In this document: positions 48,747-63,200 of the stretch, in pieces | How the letters are laid out: every line of letters begins with the position of its first letter | Position numbering within the stretch: the stretch's first letter is position 1 | NCBI GenBank assembly: GCA_977018835.1 | Contig: OZ361259.1 | Coordinates: 806,001-870,000 of the forward strand | DNA: 64,000 nucleotides | Origin: Minutocellus sp. GHC0000111 | Lineage: Eukaryota | Reading direction: 5' to 3' | Program-made: the position numbers and the translations under genes | The notes under the pieces: generated by a model | The model's database searches: none | Seen by the model: only the letters and a program-made list of their open reading frames with translations | What the model was told of the DNA's origin: nothing

Positions 48747-49787
48747 CTAGTGGCTGCAGTCAGGGTTGGCGGATGACAAGTAGCTCCGCCTTATAAAGTG
48801 CACCGCCTTATTTTGGCAGCTCCTCTGATTACAACTGGGGAATTCTTTGCTTGTGACTTCTTGCAATGCCTCACATGCTGGGGGAAGTGGGTAATCAAGA
48901 AGAAAGTAATCAAGAATCAAAAAACGGCAAAGCTCCAAACACGTTCTATTAGAGATCAGGTTTCGGCGCTTGGGAAATTTTTCGTTCTTCAATTGGTCCG
49001 AAGCTGCTGTTCTACCGCTTGGGATGGATAAGTTGTAGGCAAATCCAACAAATTCCAAAAGGTGTGGTAACTCTTTCAAGTCACCTATTACAGTGATTCG
49101 GGGGTCTAGTGAGAAAGTGAGATTGGACTTCCTTGCCGATAGGAAGTTTACTTGTGGGTAAGAGTGAATACAACATTTGTTGGACTTGCATTTAGATTCG
49201 TTCTCTTTAACAACGATCAGCCACTGTAAGATTCTTTCATCGTAAGAGAGAGTCGAAAAATCGTTCTGAAAGTGAGCTGCTTCTTCGCTTCCTCTTTTTC
49301 CACACTCAGCCCAACCTGATAAAAAGTGATCAATTGGGTCCCGGACAGTTGCAACAAGTGAGTAGTTTCGAAACATTGAACTATTGCCTGGAGGGCGTTT
49401 GGTCTGTCTCCCGACAGTGGTACCACCATTCTTGAAGACGTGTCGAAAAGCAAAGGATTCTGTCAAGCCATAAGCAAAGAATCTCCCGTGATTGATGGGA
49501 CATATCTTATGTGTGTCATTGGAAAAGGCTTTGACCACCTCCCCATTACATCGAAAGATTTTAGAGTGTTGTTTTAATGAAAGTTTTAATTTTGAGTTTT
49601 TTTCTAGGGCATCTAAAATGGCAGAATCGTTCATCTCTGATGGATTTGCAGAAGTTTTGTCGGTGGTGAAGTAGTACACGTGTGACATGTGCCAATTCAA
49701 TCCCAAACGAAATTTGATCACAAGGGCAAGAGCGAATGCAATTGTAATCCCAACATCGTTTCTTTTTTGGGGGGGAATGAATGACAT
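48747..49787 (-). CDS. Carbohydrate sulfotransferase, copy 2
   Basis: Protein identical to 39769-40809. Confidence 0.85.
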   Translation of the reverse strand: MSFIPPQKRNDVGITIAFALALVIKFRLGLNWHMSHVYYFTTDKTSANPSEMNDSAILDALEKNSKLKLSLKQHSKIFRCNGEVVKAFSNDTHKICPINHGRFFAYGLTESFAFRHVFKNGGTTVGRQTKRPPGNSSMFRNYSLVATVRDPIDHFLSGWAECGKRGSEEAAHFQNDFSTLSYDERILQWLIVVKENESKCKSNKCCIHSYPQVNFLSARKSNLTFSLDPRITVIGDLKELPHLLEFVGFAYNLSIPSGRTAASDQLKNEKFPKRRNLISNRTCLELCRFLILDYFLLDYPLPPACEALQEVTSKEFPSCNQRSCQNKAVHFIRRSYLSSANPDCSH

Positions 49788-52700
49788 AAGCCAAGGTTTT
49801 TGTTCGAGCTTCTTTTCTTATGTCTTCAGATAGCACATCTGCTGTCTCAATTCATTCGCTGTAAAGCATGTATTGCAAAGGGTGAACGACCAAATTCTGC
49901 TTGTTCGCCGAAAGGGGAAATCCAGTGTGCTCGTTTGGGTGTTTACAATCAAAACTACTGCGTACTGCTAAGTACCTACGGACAAGAAATCAAAAAGCTC
50001 CCCAGCTCGGCGTCGGCTTTAACGGCGGACAGACCGTTTTTTGACGATTTTTGACGGCATCATTTCCTCCCCACCACCATGGGCACCGTCGTTCCGCCTC
50101 TTTTTCAAGTGCCGCGCAAGTCGTTTATGAGGTCGGTATGCCCCAATTCCTCATGACCGATCAAGCTGGAAAGTTTACAGGCCAAGATACCGATTTTGTC
50201 AAGCATTGCTGTTGTGTGAGGATCCAGCTCCGGCACAAGGAGAAAGGTCGATGCAATCAGAATCACATGCAGCCGAGCGTGAGATTGGGTTCCTCTCCGA
50301 ACGATGGCGACGCCGCATGTCCAAGAAGAATGTTCCGAGACGCTTGTGGGACTTTGGTCTCGTATATGAGGCAGAGATTCTTAGTAGGCTCTCCCGGGGA
50401 CGGGATGGCCGAACCAGACACGAAGAGGCACGGCATTTGGTCAGACCCCCAACACTGCCGAGCACGCAGACTTTGAGTTCTGTGATTTTGTGTGGTGGTG
50501 GGACAAGCCTGATGAGCTCAGCTCAACAGAATATCCCAAGAGACTTGCAAGATGTCTAGGTATCTTGGGTCGCCACGATGCGTTGGAATGAGTCGATTCA
50601 AACCCGATTTCTAACAGGGCATCGCATCGCGGGGACCGAGCAAATCCGGGCGAAAGTTTGTTGGGTTCCAGGTTGCTCCCTGTGCATGTGTTGAAGAAGA
50701 AAGAAGAAGAATCGTAGTAGTAATTATAATTTCGTTTATCACCTTGCTTCCCCCTAGTAGCAGGATTGGCATCGATGTGTGTCGTTGCGAAGGCGGATTG
50801 TGGTCGAAGCATCGACACAACTCACTTGTGTCGACTGGTCGCATCGTCCGATCAAGTCATGTGCTGGAAATTCGCTCCAGCAGCAAGGTTGGACGAGTGA
50901 CAAGACGGGTTGATGTGCCCATAATCAAGGGAAAAGTACATGGCAGCGTCGCAGGCGGGCAGTTCCGATCACCACCATCATTCAGATTTGCGCACTGATG
51001 TGTTGGTGATGGGTCTGTGCGTTCGCCCGTGTCGAAACAGGCTTCGCCATTGTGGATCGGTCCCTCCTATCTGACTTTTGCAAAGAGTACAAGCTTATTG
51101 AAGGTCAGTATATTGCCATAATGTTTGTTGAGATATATTATTCTGCGTGAGATCATGCATGTTGAAGGATTCTCTCCTGTAATTTTGAAAACTGTGCACA
51201 ACTCATTGTTGCTTGTCTGCTCGTTCGAGCCTTCTTGGCCTTCTTGAGCACCTTGCGCATGCCCTTGCATTGGTCTAACTGCCTCTTAGTCTTGATTGAC
51301 TCTTTCACTCCTTCAATCTTTTTCAGGGCAAGGGCTTTCATTCCTCCTCTTGCTCTTCAATATGAGCACGGTAGGCAATTTTGCACTCCCGAACCTTGCG
51401 ACCGAGCCTGCGCACAACCTCCACGGCAAGACCCTCGAAGCTTTTCTCAATGCACTCTCTTGTTTTGCTGGAATCTCCACAATTGATTTTTCTGTAATCC
51501 AATTTGCTTATTCCCCATCCATGCTCTGCTGCCCTTCCCGCAAGATGCTGTTGAACATGCAGCAGGCAACCACATGACACAACCAGGCAACAATGTGAAA
51601 GGACTTGACAACATTGATGGTGCCCTTTCATTTGCTAGCAGTCCAGTTGTTGAGAAGAGGGAGCTGTGCAGAGTGACAAACAGAAACAGCAAAGGTGAAA
51701 GTGGTGCTCTCTTCTCTTTGCACCTGAAGCACCTCTACAGTCACCTGCTTTCATTGATTGTTAAACAACACTCAGCAACAGCCAGCCCCTAGAAGCTCTG
51801 CTGCTGCAGGAGGACAAGATGAGAACAACACCACAGGTGAAGCCATGAGTCAATGCACTGACTGTGACCACAGTGACTTTCATCATCAGCGTGAAGTGAG
51901 GCATCAAGAACTGCACAGAAGCAGGCAGGAGCGTCGTAAAAAGAGGAAGGCCAAAGCAGCTCTTGACACAGCATCCAATTGTGCTGTCTTTCTTGGCATC
52001 ACAGATCAAGAAAAGAAGACTTCCAAACTTGTTGCCAGTTTGGGCACTGATTCTGTAGTTAGATCATTGGAAAGCAGCGCTGATGAAAATGACACTCTTT
52101 GTCCTGTCTGCTATGAGCATTTTGATGCTTGCTTGTCAAGTTTCTCACAAAGGCATGAATCACACCTGCCAGTGCGCTCTGCTGCTTGTGCTCACAGAGT
52201 TTGCTGCTCATGTCTTGTGGCACTGCAGGCGGTGACAAGTGGATGGATTCATGTTGGTTCATGACTGGTCCAAAATCCTCACAACAGTTTGGCCTCATAG
52301 AATTTTATTGAGAGTGTTCTTCACAGTGCCCATTGAGGTAGAGATGCATGTGATTGCCAGTCGCATTATAAAAACTTAACGCAGAAACAAATTCAAAACG
52401 CACATGCCGAACAGTTGTTTGATTCTATCTACCCCACTCATAATGAATTTTGGCATAAAGAGGGAGGGAGAGAGAGTCGAGTCCTAATTATCTGCTGTGC
52501 CTTAATTAACACGTCTGCTATTCCGAAGAAATCGAGAAACGAAAACAAAAAAAATGACATGGTCAAAAATCGTTTAGACTAGGCTTCAAAGGGAAAATAA
52601 ACATTCGACCAGCCAGTTCAGGTTAGAGCTCAACTTGGTAGAAATAGACAGCGGCTACAATGCAACAATCAATGGATTCGATGGAGGCGTCCCTCGATGC

Positions 52701-55700
52701 AAGGCAGAGCTGAATGCTTCTGCGATGAAAATGAAAGAAAGGAAAAACACTGTTAGACTTCATTTACAAAATGTAAAATAAATGATGAAATTTCACTTAC
52801 CGGCATCCGGATCATCATAAGAAATAGCAACATCCTTCAAATACAGTCTTTCCTCTGCGCCGCTGTCATTCTTGTAAATCACAGAAGTGTTTGTTGGGAT
52901 TGCGCACATTACAAAAGAGATTTCTGTGATTCTCTGATGGAATCAATATTTTGAGAGCCTCATCAACCTCCGCATTTGCTCAGGGTATAAAATTTCTAAA
53001 TTGAGACTGCCTAATAGATGTCCCATTGATAACAGTCTCACCGGTCTGAGAATCTGCCGCCTTTTTTAGCACCTTTCTTGCATTTGCCTCAATGGCTCGA
53101 CCGGAGCGGAAGCGAGTGCAAATAGCGGCAAGGGCGCTGCTGTCCTTGTAGTCATAAATTGCTCTCTGCAAGTGCTGAAGGGCTTGGTCATGGCTCCCAC
53201 TTATTAAAATAGCCTTGCTGCAGCTGTGGCTCAGCAGAGCGTGCCGCACCAGCCGAAGAAGCACGTTGACAGACCTAGAAACACCATTTCCTTCCACCTC
53301 TCATCATCACGCCGCTGCCAATCTTCTTCAGACTCATGGCCGCCACATGCATTTCAAGTATGGCCACTCCATAAGCAAGCTCAGGCTCGTCTAACATGGT
53401 GGTAACAATAATGTGGGGGACAACTCCGGCCTCCATCACCAGTTTTGCTGCCATCTTCGTCCGGACATCATCGTCAAGCTCATCAAGAATGTGATTTACA
53501 CTTTCCAAATGGGGCTGCATCTTAGGCCATTTCTGCCTAGATAAAAAGCAGAGAAGGCAAGTCGCGCACTGGACCAAATCTTTGTACGCGCCTCAGTTGA
53601 GGTAAAAGTGCTGCTGCTGCTCATGTCCTGTCATTTTCATGGTTGAAGTGGGGTCGGAGGTCAGCATCGACTGGACAGAGGAGAAAAAGTGTGGTCAACA
53701 TGTTGGAGCAATCAATCAGCGTCAACGTCTAGTTGTTCCAGATTCTAGCTTAGACACTATGATTGATCATAGATGGACATGATTGATTGAACCAACTCCA
53801 AGACCTAAGTTTTCACCTAGAACTCGGCTTCCTCCGTCAGGATCTCGGTCCCCGAGAAAACGAGGGCTAGTGGCCTTTCCAAATGAAGACATACGGAAGA
53901 CACTCCTGGAAGGGAAATATCACTGAGCTGGCTTTGGAACTGAATAATCTCCCTTCTCAATTTGGCCTTCACTCGATTAGGATCAAGAAATTACATCAAA
54001 CAAACCACTTTAATTGGAAGCCATCCCCGAACGCCATTCGAAGGCTTTGCGCTTTTTCAGCACCCGAGTATTCTGGTCTTAGAATCCCATTGAATCCACT
54101 TTGCTTAAGTAGGGGGAATGGTTCACAAGCTCGAATGCAATAAGCACTCGTCGTAGAGTCATCGTAATAAAGTGCAGAATACCCCTACACCAAAGCTTCT
54201 CCTTCCTCGACCTTTTCCCACCAACTCTTCATCAAAGCTACAGCTCGGTTGGTGTCATCGCGAGAGTCACTCCGAATTCTCGCTTCATCATCTGCAGTGC
54301 TAATCACAATTTTTACCACCAGTCTGAGCATTTGGCCTTATTTGGCCAATTCCTTGCACAGCGGACACAAGACAATGAGATCCGCCAATGAGCCGCACAT
54401 ACACACATGCTTGGTCTTGGGATTGTCAATTCCATTTTTAATTGTAGAGACCAAAAGTCTAATCTCAGAATTCGCCCAGGTACTAAAGAAATACTGCCCA
54501 GACAATGCACCATTTGGGACACACCAGTACTCCTCCCATACAACTTTAATGACACACAATGGGCAAACTGAAACCATAATTATGCCAAATTCAGTCTTCA
54601 AGAGGCAGTAATGGTAACGCAACAAGGCAGCTCACTGTTACAAGTCACTTGGTCAATTCCCGCATTCAGGCATTTTTTCTTTGGACCACAGCTGCAAAAA
54701 TGTTTGAAACTTCTTTCACCTTGCCGCAAAGCCTTTTCTTTCTAATGAGCCACTTAGGGTTTCTCTGCGCGCATGCCATTGCCTCTCCAACGGTCCCTTC
54801 AAAGGAAGACCATTGATTGCGCCTCGACCCATCAAGAAACTTTGTGTATCTTTCAATGGAACGCGTGATTCCACCAGCCTTCCGCAGATGAATGACCGCA
54901 GGAGTAATCTGATTAGTGAGATTAAAGGAAGGCATGTGGTCCCCCATAGTGTGGTGCGCAATTGGTTCCAAGGGCGGATCGAGGTTCGAAAACACGGTGC
55001 CAATACTTTCAGTCCCAACAAAGTTTGGCGGCACAAAAAAATTCGTTGAGGGATGAAACAAATTGTTGACACCATATTCACTGAACAATGGCCGTCCTGT
55101 CTTTTCATAGATGGCATTGTTCTTGAGGAAGCAGGTGCATGGTGCGACCATGGTCTCGTGGATGTTCTAAGAGTTGTAGAGTGAGATTAGAAATGTCAAC
55201 AATGCAAGGCTTCCATTAGAAATAACAACAAGTAAGACACACACAAAAATAATCCCTCTTGTCGCCAAAAGTAGGCACAAACCGTAGCGCCACCAACCTT
55301 GTTGCCACACCCAGGAGTAGTCAAGAAACTGTACATGTACAGTCTTACAGCATCTGAATAGGAATCATACTTGTACAATTCCAATCCCTCCTCTTGATAC
55401 CGCCAGACGAGGTAGTGGTCCATGTCATTGACGGACACTAAGCAGTAAGGTCCACAACTTTTGCGAATAATGCTCAAAGCATCATTTATGACTCTATTCT
55501 GATCTGAGTACCGCGCGAGACAAAATGAATTGAAATCCTGTCTTCTTTTGATGTCTTTCAACTTCTAAAGAATCAACAAAGTCCCAGGGCAAGGCGAATT
55601 TGATGCATTGAGGGTCAAAACTGTTATAGAATTTCACGAAATCGTCCATATCCTGATCGTTAGTTTCTTCATAGTAAAACAGAAGAATGAGTGGGCATGG

Positions 55701-57878
55701 ATGTAACCCACCCCAGTGCTCTTCGCTGAGAAATTTTCTCTTATCCTTTGGTTGAGCCATTGCTTCCTTTAAGGCTCTAGTGTACTTGGCCTCTGCGCCG
55801 TCTGGTTTACACTCGTTGCCATTAAGGGGTGAATGGTTGGCAAAATACTCTTCCAATGCGTGATGGAGGTGTTCGGAGAACAATCTTTTATTCTCCGTAA
55901 CATTCAAACCTTCCAGAATTTTGCTGGGCCTGTTTGGTGAAACATTCAAACCTTCCAGAATTTTGCTGGGCCTGTTTGGTGAGAAGTTTTTCCCGGAGTT
56001 CTTACTGTTTCCTTTTTTTTTTTTGAATTCTTACTGCTATCGGTAGATACACCGTGATAGATGGTGCCGTTATTGAATACATAGTCAGCAGAGTTGGAAG
56101 TCTTTGGATGACAACAAGGCTTTCGCCACGATCCCATAAATGGAATATACTTTAAAACAGTGAATTTCTGATCCAAACGAAAGTGGAGCCCGACTCTGAC
56201 CCATTCCAGGGAATTGTTTGTTTCATTCTTCCCTTTTGATTCACTCTTGCTTACATTCAGAACGTCAGCTCCATGCCATCCGTTCTCATCACTCACGTAG
56301 TACTCAATGAAATCACCTACATTGATTTCATCCGGAAATACGATAAGACGAGGGTCAAAATGGCTCTTATAGTGACGAACCATGTCTGCGTCACTATTGA
56401 TTCTATGCTGTATCATTCTTGCCGCCATTTCTGACTATTGATTCTATGCTGTATCATTCTTGCCGCCATTTCTGCCATTGGCAATTCCACATCACGTACT
56501 GTACTGGGTTGCCACTCAACAATATTCTCTGTTTCTCTATTTCAGTGGCTCTTGAGTTGTGGTTCCAACCTGTTCGGAACAGTCGGATTTGATGTGCATT
56601 AATGAAATATGTGCTGTCGACTCCTGATCTCTCTGCAAGAAGGCCAAGACATCCTCATGCTTCACATAGCGAACAGTTCCAATGTTGTGGTGATACGACA
56701 AACACTGTAGGTGATACGGCAAACACTGTATGAATGAATGCGATGTAAGGAAGCCACAACTTTGGCAGTATGGCGGAAAATTTGTTTCCGGATACTCCTC
56801 GAAGCTGGTGTAATATTTTTGTGAACTGTTCCGAATTTCAAATTGGAGACACTTTTTTGTTGCATTTCCCAATGTAGTCAGGCTTCACAGATTCGACAAT
56901 GTTCAAATGCCCCAAGAACATTTCGATTCTGTCCAAAGCAACATAGGAGTCATCTGTTTTCATTGCATAGAAAGAGCAAATTAAAATTATCTACTTCCTC
57001 GGGTACTCCACCTTGCAAATCCAGTGGGGCTCCAAAGACCTCACCGCTATGGCAAGGCCTTTTAGAGCCTTTTTCGGCCAATAGTGTACATTTAATGTAC
57101 ACTATCCTCTCCTCCCTGATTGGGAGAAAGTCGTTTTAGAATAAGAAAAATGGGGTGCTACCTCCTACAAAAACTCAATTTTCTTATTGCTTCTCCCAAG
57201 GTAGACGGAGGATAGTGTACATTGAGAGGCTCTTTTTTGTACACTCGCTCCAGGTAGGAAGTCGGGCATAAAAGTTGATGAGATCTTTTCCTGCTTCGGC
57301 ATCTCTCTCCACAAATCAAACACAACATCCGAGCTACATTCGTCTTCGTACATGTAGGGTCATCCCGAGCCGGTCGTCCCCCTCTCAGAGGTAGCAACAA
57401 GTTTGTTTATTTATTTTTTTGTTTGTTGTCCGAGAGAGTGAAACGATTGCCGCGGTGAGGCAGAAATGCCAATTGCTTGCACCACCGACGCCACGCGGCT
57501 CGTGCTTCAACACGGGTCGCTTCCTTCTTCATTTTTTGTGTCAGAGCGAGCATGCACGTGATGGAAGCGTGATGGAAGCGAAGGGCCGATGCCATGCATG
57601 TTTTGCGCAGGTGATTGCTTGCCTTCATTGTAGCCAGAGATGTTGGGAGACATTGGACACAGGACGCACCGGAACATGTGAAAAACAAGTGCAAAAAGAG
57701 CATGTAGTGGAGACGCGACCGAACAATAAATTGAAGTTGCGGTGATCCGCAAAAATGCATGCGTGCTCAATTGACACTGCATGAATGTAAACCCATGTGC
57801 AGCTCACAACAGAGGGCCGACAGCTGCTCTCATGCCGGCAATTCCTACATGTGCTACGTGTGCTGTTATGTGTTGCAG

Positions 57879-58069
57879 GGTTGTTAGTAAAAAATGCCTC
57901 TTTTGTAAGTAATTGATCTCAACACCCACCAGAGATTTCCGGCGGCGAAGAACAGGTCAGCTAGAAGAGACAGTCAACCACCTGATCTATTCTTCGCCGC
58001 CGGAAATCTCCAGTGGACATTGAGATCAACTTTCTTACAAAAGAGGCAATTTTCGCTAACTAACAAACC
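57879..58069. repeat. ~190-bp fold-back inverted repeat, copy 2
   Basis: Same sequence as 47404-47594. Confidence 0.85.
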
Positions 58070-59221
58070 ATGTGTTGAGATTTTTGAGCACACAAGAGCA
58101 CGTAACAAAATAGGGTGGTGCACTCACGCATTGTCTGTGTGCGCCTTGAGTTTGTCAATTTAGCGGGACGACACCACCACCACCACCACCGGTTGGTGTG
58201 CCGGTAGCAATGGTCGCCTTGGTTTTGATCCAACACGAACTCAGAAGCTGCAACCTCGAAGAAAACAATGATAGAAGTGCGCAAAGACCAAGTTGCTCAA
58301 AGATAGAGAGGTGGTTGTTAGTGCATTCACATTGTTAGGACATTCTGTTTTCTTCGAACTGGAAAAAATTCATGCTCGCTTTCTCCGTGACGTGGTCATT
58401 TTCACGCAGGCGAAGTTAGCAAAAATGGGTCATGTTCGAGGTAACTAATTGCTATCACCAACTCAATTATATTGGCTCAAAATATATCAGGAGATTCCTT
58501 TGAGAGTGCTCTATCGGTTGGTATGTTGGTGGTTTTCTGAGGTTGAGTGTACGTGATTTTATTAGCACAAGACAGTGAGTTTTATTCTGTTTCCAGCGTA
58601 GTACCGGTAGTGATGAGAAGTCAAAGTTCGTGCACAGAGACTAAACATCCTCACGTAAAATTAGAACGTTCTCTCTTTGCAATACCATAAATTGAAAAAA
58701 AAACTTTGCCCTTAAACCTTTTGTATTGAAGCATGCACAACCATGGGACCATGCAAGAACCAACCGATGGCGAGGGGTGGGCCGAGCAGATCGTCGTGAT
58801 CGCCGACGATGCGCTCGCACTCTCGCGTTTCGACGTTGGAGAACAACAACCGAACGCCCTGCGAGGGGGAGTTGGATCGTCTCGGTCGCTTCGTGGGAAG
58901 CTTGGCCAGTTCAGCCGTGCGGTCGTTGGTGGAAACTGCTGTTTTTGTTTTGTGTGATTTGGTCACGGCTTTTACTGTCGATGAGCGCTCTATAATATGA
59001 GTCAGAGGCGAAGAAGTCGTCCAGGTCGTCGTGCTCGCTTGGCTCTGTGTTTCCCATGCTCTGAGATTCGGTGAGTCGAACAAGTCAAGTCATCACAGAG
59101 GAACTCCAAGCAGCAGAGCAGCACAAGATGAGGCTGGTTCGAAAACGCTCCCGCGCCGCCCCTGGCCTGGCATGTGGCAAGGCCAAAAAGGACGGTAGCG
59201 CTAGCTTCTACTAGTAATTAC

Positions 59222-60262
59222 CTAGTGGCTGCAGTCAGGGTTGGCGGATGACAAGTAGCTCCGCCTTATAAAGTGCACCGCCTTATTTTGGCAGCTCCTC
59301 TGATTACAACTGGGGAATTCTTTGCTTGTGACTTCTTGCAATGCCTCACATGCTGGGGGAAGTGGGTAATCAAGAAGAAAGTAATCAAGAATCAAAAAAC
59401 GGCAAAGCTCCAAACACGTTCTATTAGAGATCAGGTTTCGGCGCTTGGGAAATTTTTCGTTCTTCAATTGGTCCGAAGCTGCTGTTCTACCGCTTGGGAT
59501 GGATAAGTTGTAGGCAAATCCAACAAATTCCAAAAGGTGTGGTAACTCTTTCAAGTCACCTATTACAGTGATTCGGGGGTCTAGTGAGAAAGTGAGATTG
59601 GACTTCCTTGCCGATAGGAAGTTTACTTGTGGGTAAGAGTGAATACAACATTTGTTGGACTTGCATTTAGATTCGTTCTCTTTAACAACGATCAGCCACT
59701 GTAAGATTCTTTCATCGTAAGAGAGAGTCGAAAAATCGTTCTGAAAGTGAGCTGCTTCTTCGCTTCCTCTTTTTCCACACTCAGCCCAACCTGATAAAAA
59801 GTGATCAATTGGGTCCCGGACAGTTGCAACAAGTGAGTAGTTTCGAAACATTGAACTATTGCCTGGAGGGCGTTTGGTCTGTCTCCCGACAGTGGTACCA
59901 CCATTCTTGAAGACGTGTCGAAAAGCAAAGGATTCTGTCAAGCCATAAGCAAAGAATCTCCCGTGATTGATGGGACATATCTTATGTGTGTCATTGGAAA
60001 AGGCTTTGACCACCTCCCCATTACATCGAAAGATTTTAGAGTGTTGTTTTAATGAAAGTTTTAATTTTGAGTTTTTTTCTAGGGCATCTAAAATGGCAGA
60101 ATCGTTCATCTCTGATGGATTTGCAGAAGTTTTGTCGGTGGTGAAGTAGTACACGTGTGACATGTGCCAATTCAATCCCAAACGAAATTTGATCACAAGG
60201 GCAAGAGCGAATGCAATTGTAATCCCAACATCGTTTCTTTTTTGGGGGGGAATGAATGACAT
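59222..60262 (-). CDS. Carbohydrate sulfotransferase, copy 3
   Basis: Protein identical to 39769-40809. Confidence 0.85.
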   Translation of the reverse strand: MSFIPPQKRNDVGITIAFALALVIKFRLGLNWHMSHVYYFTTDKTSANPSEMNDSAILDALEKNSKLKLSLKQHSKIFRCNGEVVKAFSNDTHKICPINHGRFFAYGLTESFAFRHVFKNGGTTVGRQTKRPPGNSSMFRNYSLVATVRDPIDHFLSGWAECGKRGSEEAAHFQNDFSTLSYDERILQWLIVVKENESKCKSNKCCIHSYPQVNFLSARKSNLTFSLDPRITVIGDLKELPHLLEFVGFAYNLSIPSGRTAASDQLKNEKFPKRRNLISNRTCLELCRFLILDYFLLDYPLPPACEALQEVTSKEFPSCNQRSCQNKAVHFIRRSYLSSANPDCSH

Positions 60263-63200
60263 AAGCCAAGGTTTTTGTTCGAGCTTCTTTTCTTATGTCT
60301 TCAGATAGCACATCTGCTGTCTCAATTCATTCGCTGTAAAGCATGTATTGCAAAGGGTGAACGACCAAATTCTGCTTGTTCGCCGAAAGGGGAAATCCAG
60401 TGTGCTCGTTTGGGTGTTTACAATCAAAACTACTGCGTACTGCTAAGTACCTACGGACAAGAAATCAAAAAGCTCCCCAGCTCGGCGTCGGCTTTAACGG
60501 CGGACAGACCGTTTTTTGACGATTTTTGACGGCATCATTTCCTCCCCACCACCATGGGCACCGTCGTTCCGCCTCTTTTTCAAGTGCCGCGCAAGTCGTT
60601 TATGAGGTCGGTATGCCCCAATTCCTCATGACCGATCAAGCTGGAAAGTTTACAGGCCAAGATACCGATTTTGTCAAGCATTGCTGTTGTGTGAGGATCC
60701 AGCTCCGGCACAAGGAGAAAGGTCGATGCAATCAGAATCACATGCAGCCGAGCGTGAGATTGGGTTCCTCTCCGAACGATGGCGACGCCGCATGTCCAAG
60801 AAGAATGTTCCGAGACGCTTGTGGGACTTTGGTCTCGTATATGAGGCAGAGATTCTTAGTAGGCTCTCCCGGGGACGGGATGGCCGAACCAGACACGAAG
60901 AGGCACGGCATTTGGTCAGACCCCCAACACTGCCGAGCACGCAGACTTTGAGTTCTGTGATTTTGTGTGGTGGTGGGACAAGCCTGATGAGCTCAGCTCA
61001 ACAGAATATCCCAAGAGACTTGCAAGATGTCTAGGTATCTTGGGTCGCCACGATGCGTTGGAATGAGTCGATTCAAACCCGATTTCTAACAGGGCATCGC
61101 ATCGCGGGGACCGAGCAAATCCGGGCGAAAGTTTGTTGGGTTCCAGGTTGCTCCCTGTGCATGTGTTGAAGAAGAAAGAAGAAGAATCGTAGTAGTAATT
61201 ATAATTTCGTTTATCACCTTGCTTCCCCCTAGTAGCAGGATTGGCATCGATGTGTGTCGTTGCGAAGGCGGATTGTGGTCGAAGCATCGACACAACTCAC
61301 TTGTGTCGACTGGTCGCATCGTCCGATCAAGTCATGTGCTGGAAATTCGCTCCAGCAGCAAGGTTGGACGAGTGACAAGACGGGTTGATGTGCCCATAAT
61401 CAAGGGAAAAGTACATGGCAGCGTCGCAGGCGGGCAGTTCCGATCACCACCATCATTCAGATTTGCGCACTGATGTGTTGGTGATGGGTCTGTGCGTTCG
61501 CCCGTGTCGAAACAGGCTTCGCCATTGTGGATCGGTCCCTCCTATCTGACTTTTGCAAAGAGTACAAGCTTATTGAAGGTCAGTATATTGCCATAATGTT
61601 TGTTGAGATATATTATTCTGCGTGAGATCATGCATGTTGAAGGATTCTCTCCTGTAATTTTGAAAACTGTGCACAACTCATTGTTGCTTGTCTGCTCGTT
61701 CGAGCCTTCTTGGCCTTCTTGAGCACCTTGCGCATGCCCTTGCATTGGTCTAACTGCCTCTTAGTCTTGATTGACTCTTTCACTCCTTCAATCTTTTTCA
61801 GGGCAAGGGCTTTCATTCCTCCTCTTGCTCTTCAATATGAGCACGGTAGGCAATTTTGCACTCCCGAACCTTGCGACCGAGCCTGCGCACAACCTCCACG
61901 GCAAGACCCTCGAAGCTTTTCTCAATGCACTCTCTTGTTTTGCTGGAATCTCCACAATTGATTTTTCTGTAATCCAATTTGCTTATTCCCCATCCATGCT
62001 CTGCTGCCCTTCCCGCAAGATGCTGTTGAACATGCAGCAGGCAACCACATGACACAACCAGGCAACAATGTGAAAGGACTTGACAACATTGATGGTGCCC
62101 TTTCATTTGCTAGCAGTCCAGTTGTTGAGAAGAGGGAGCTGTGCAGAGTGACAAACAGAAACAGCAAAGGTGAAAGTGGTGCTCTCTTCTCTTTGCACCT
62201 GAAGCACCTCTACAGTCACCTGCTTTCATTGATTGTTAAACAACACTCAGCAACAGCCAGCCCCTAGAAGCTCTGCTGCTGCAGGAGGACAAGATGAGAA
62301 CAACACCACAGGTGAAGCCATGAGTCAATGCACTGACTGTGACCACAGTGACTTTCATCATCAGCGTGAAGTGAGGCATCAAGAACTGCACAGAAGCAGG
62401 CAGGAGCGTCGTAAAAAGAGGAAGGCCAAAGCAGCTCTTGACACAGCATCCAATTGTGCTGTCTTTCTTGGCATCACAGATCAAGAAAAGAAGACTTCCA
62501 AACTTGTTGCCAGTTTGGGCACTGATTCTGTAGTTAGATCATTGGAAAGCAGCGCTGATGAAAATGACACTCTTTGTCCTGTCTGCTATGAGCATTTTGA
62601 TGCTTGCTTGTCAAGTTTCTCACAAAGGCATGAATCACACCTGCCAGTGCGCTCTGCTGCTTGTGCTCACAGAGTTTGCTGCTCATGTCTTGTGGCACTG
62701 CAGGCGGTGACAAGTGGATGGATTCATGTTGGTTCATGACTGGTCCAAAATCCTCACAACAGTTTGGCCTCATAGAATTTTATTGAGAGTGTTCTTCACA
62801 GTGCCCATTGAGGTAGAGATGCATGTGATTGCCAGTCGCATTATAAAAACTTAACGCAGAAACAAATTCAAAACGCACATGCCGAACAGTTGTTTGATTC
62901 TATCTACCCCACTCATAATGAATTTTGGCATAAAGAGGGAGGGAGAGAGAGTCGAGTCCTAATTATCTGCTGTGCCTTAATTAACACGTCTGCTATTCCG
63001 AAGAAATCGAGAAACGAAAACAAAAAAAATGACATGGTCAAAAATCGTTTAGACTAGGCTTCAAAGGGAAAATAAACATTCGACCAGCCAGTTCAGGTTA
63101 GAGCTCAACTTGGTAGAAATAGACAGCGGCTACAATGCAACAATCAATGGATTCGATGGAGGCGTCCCTCGATGCAAGGCAGAGCTGAATGCTTCTGCGA

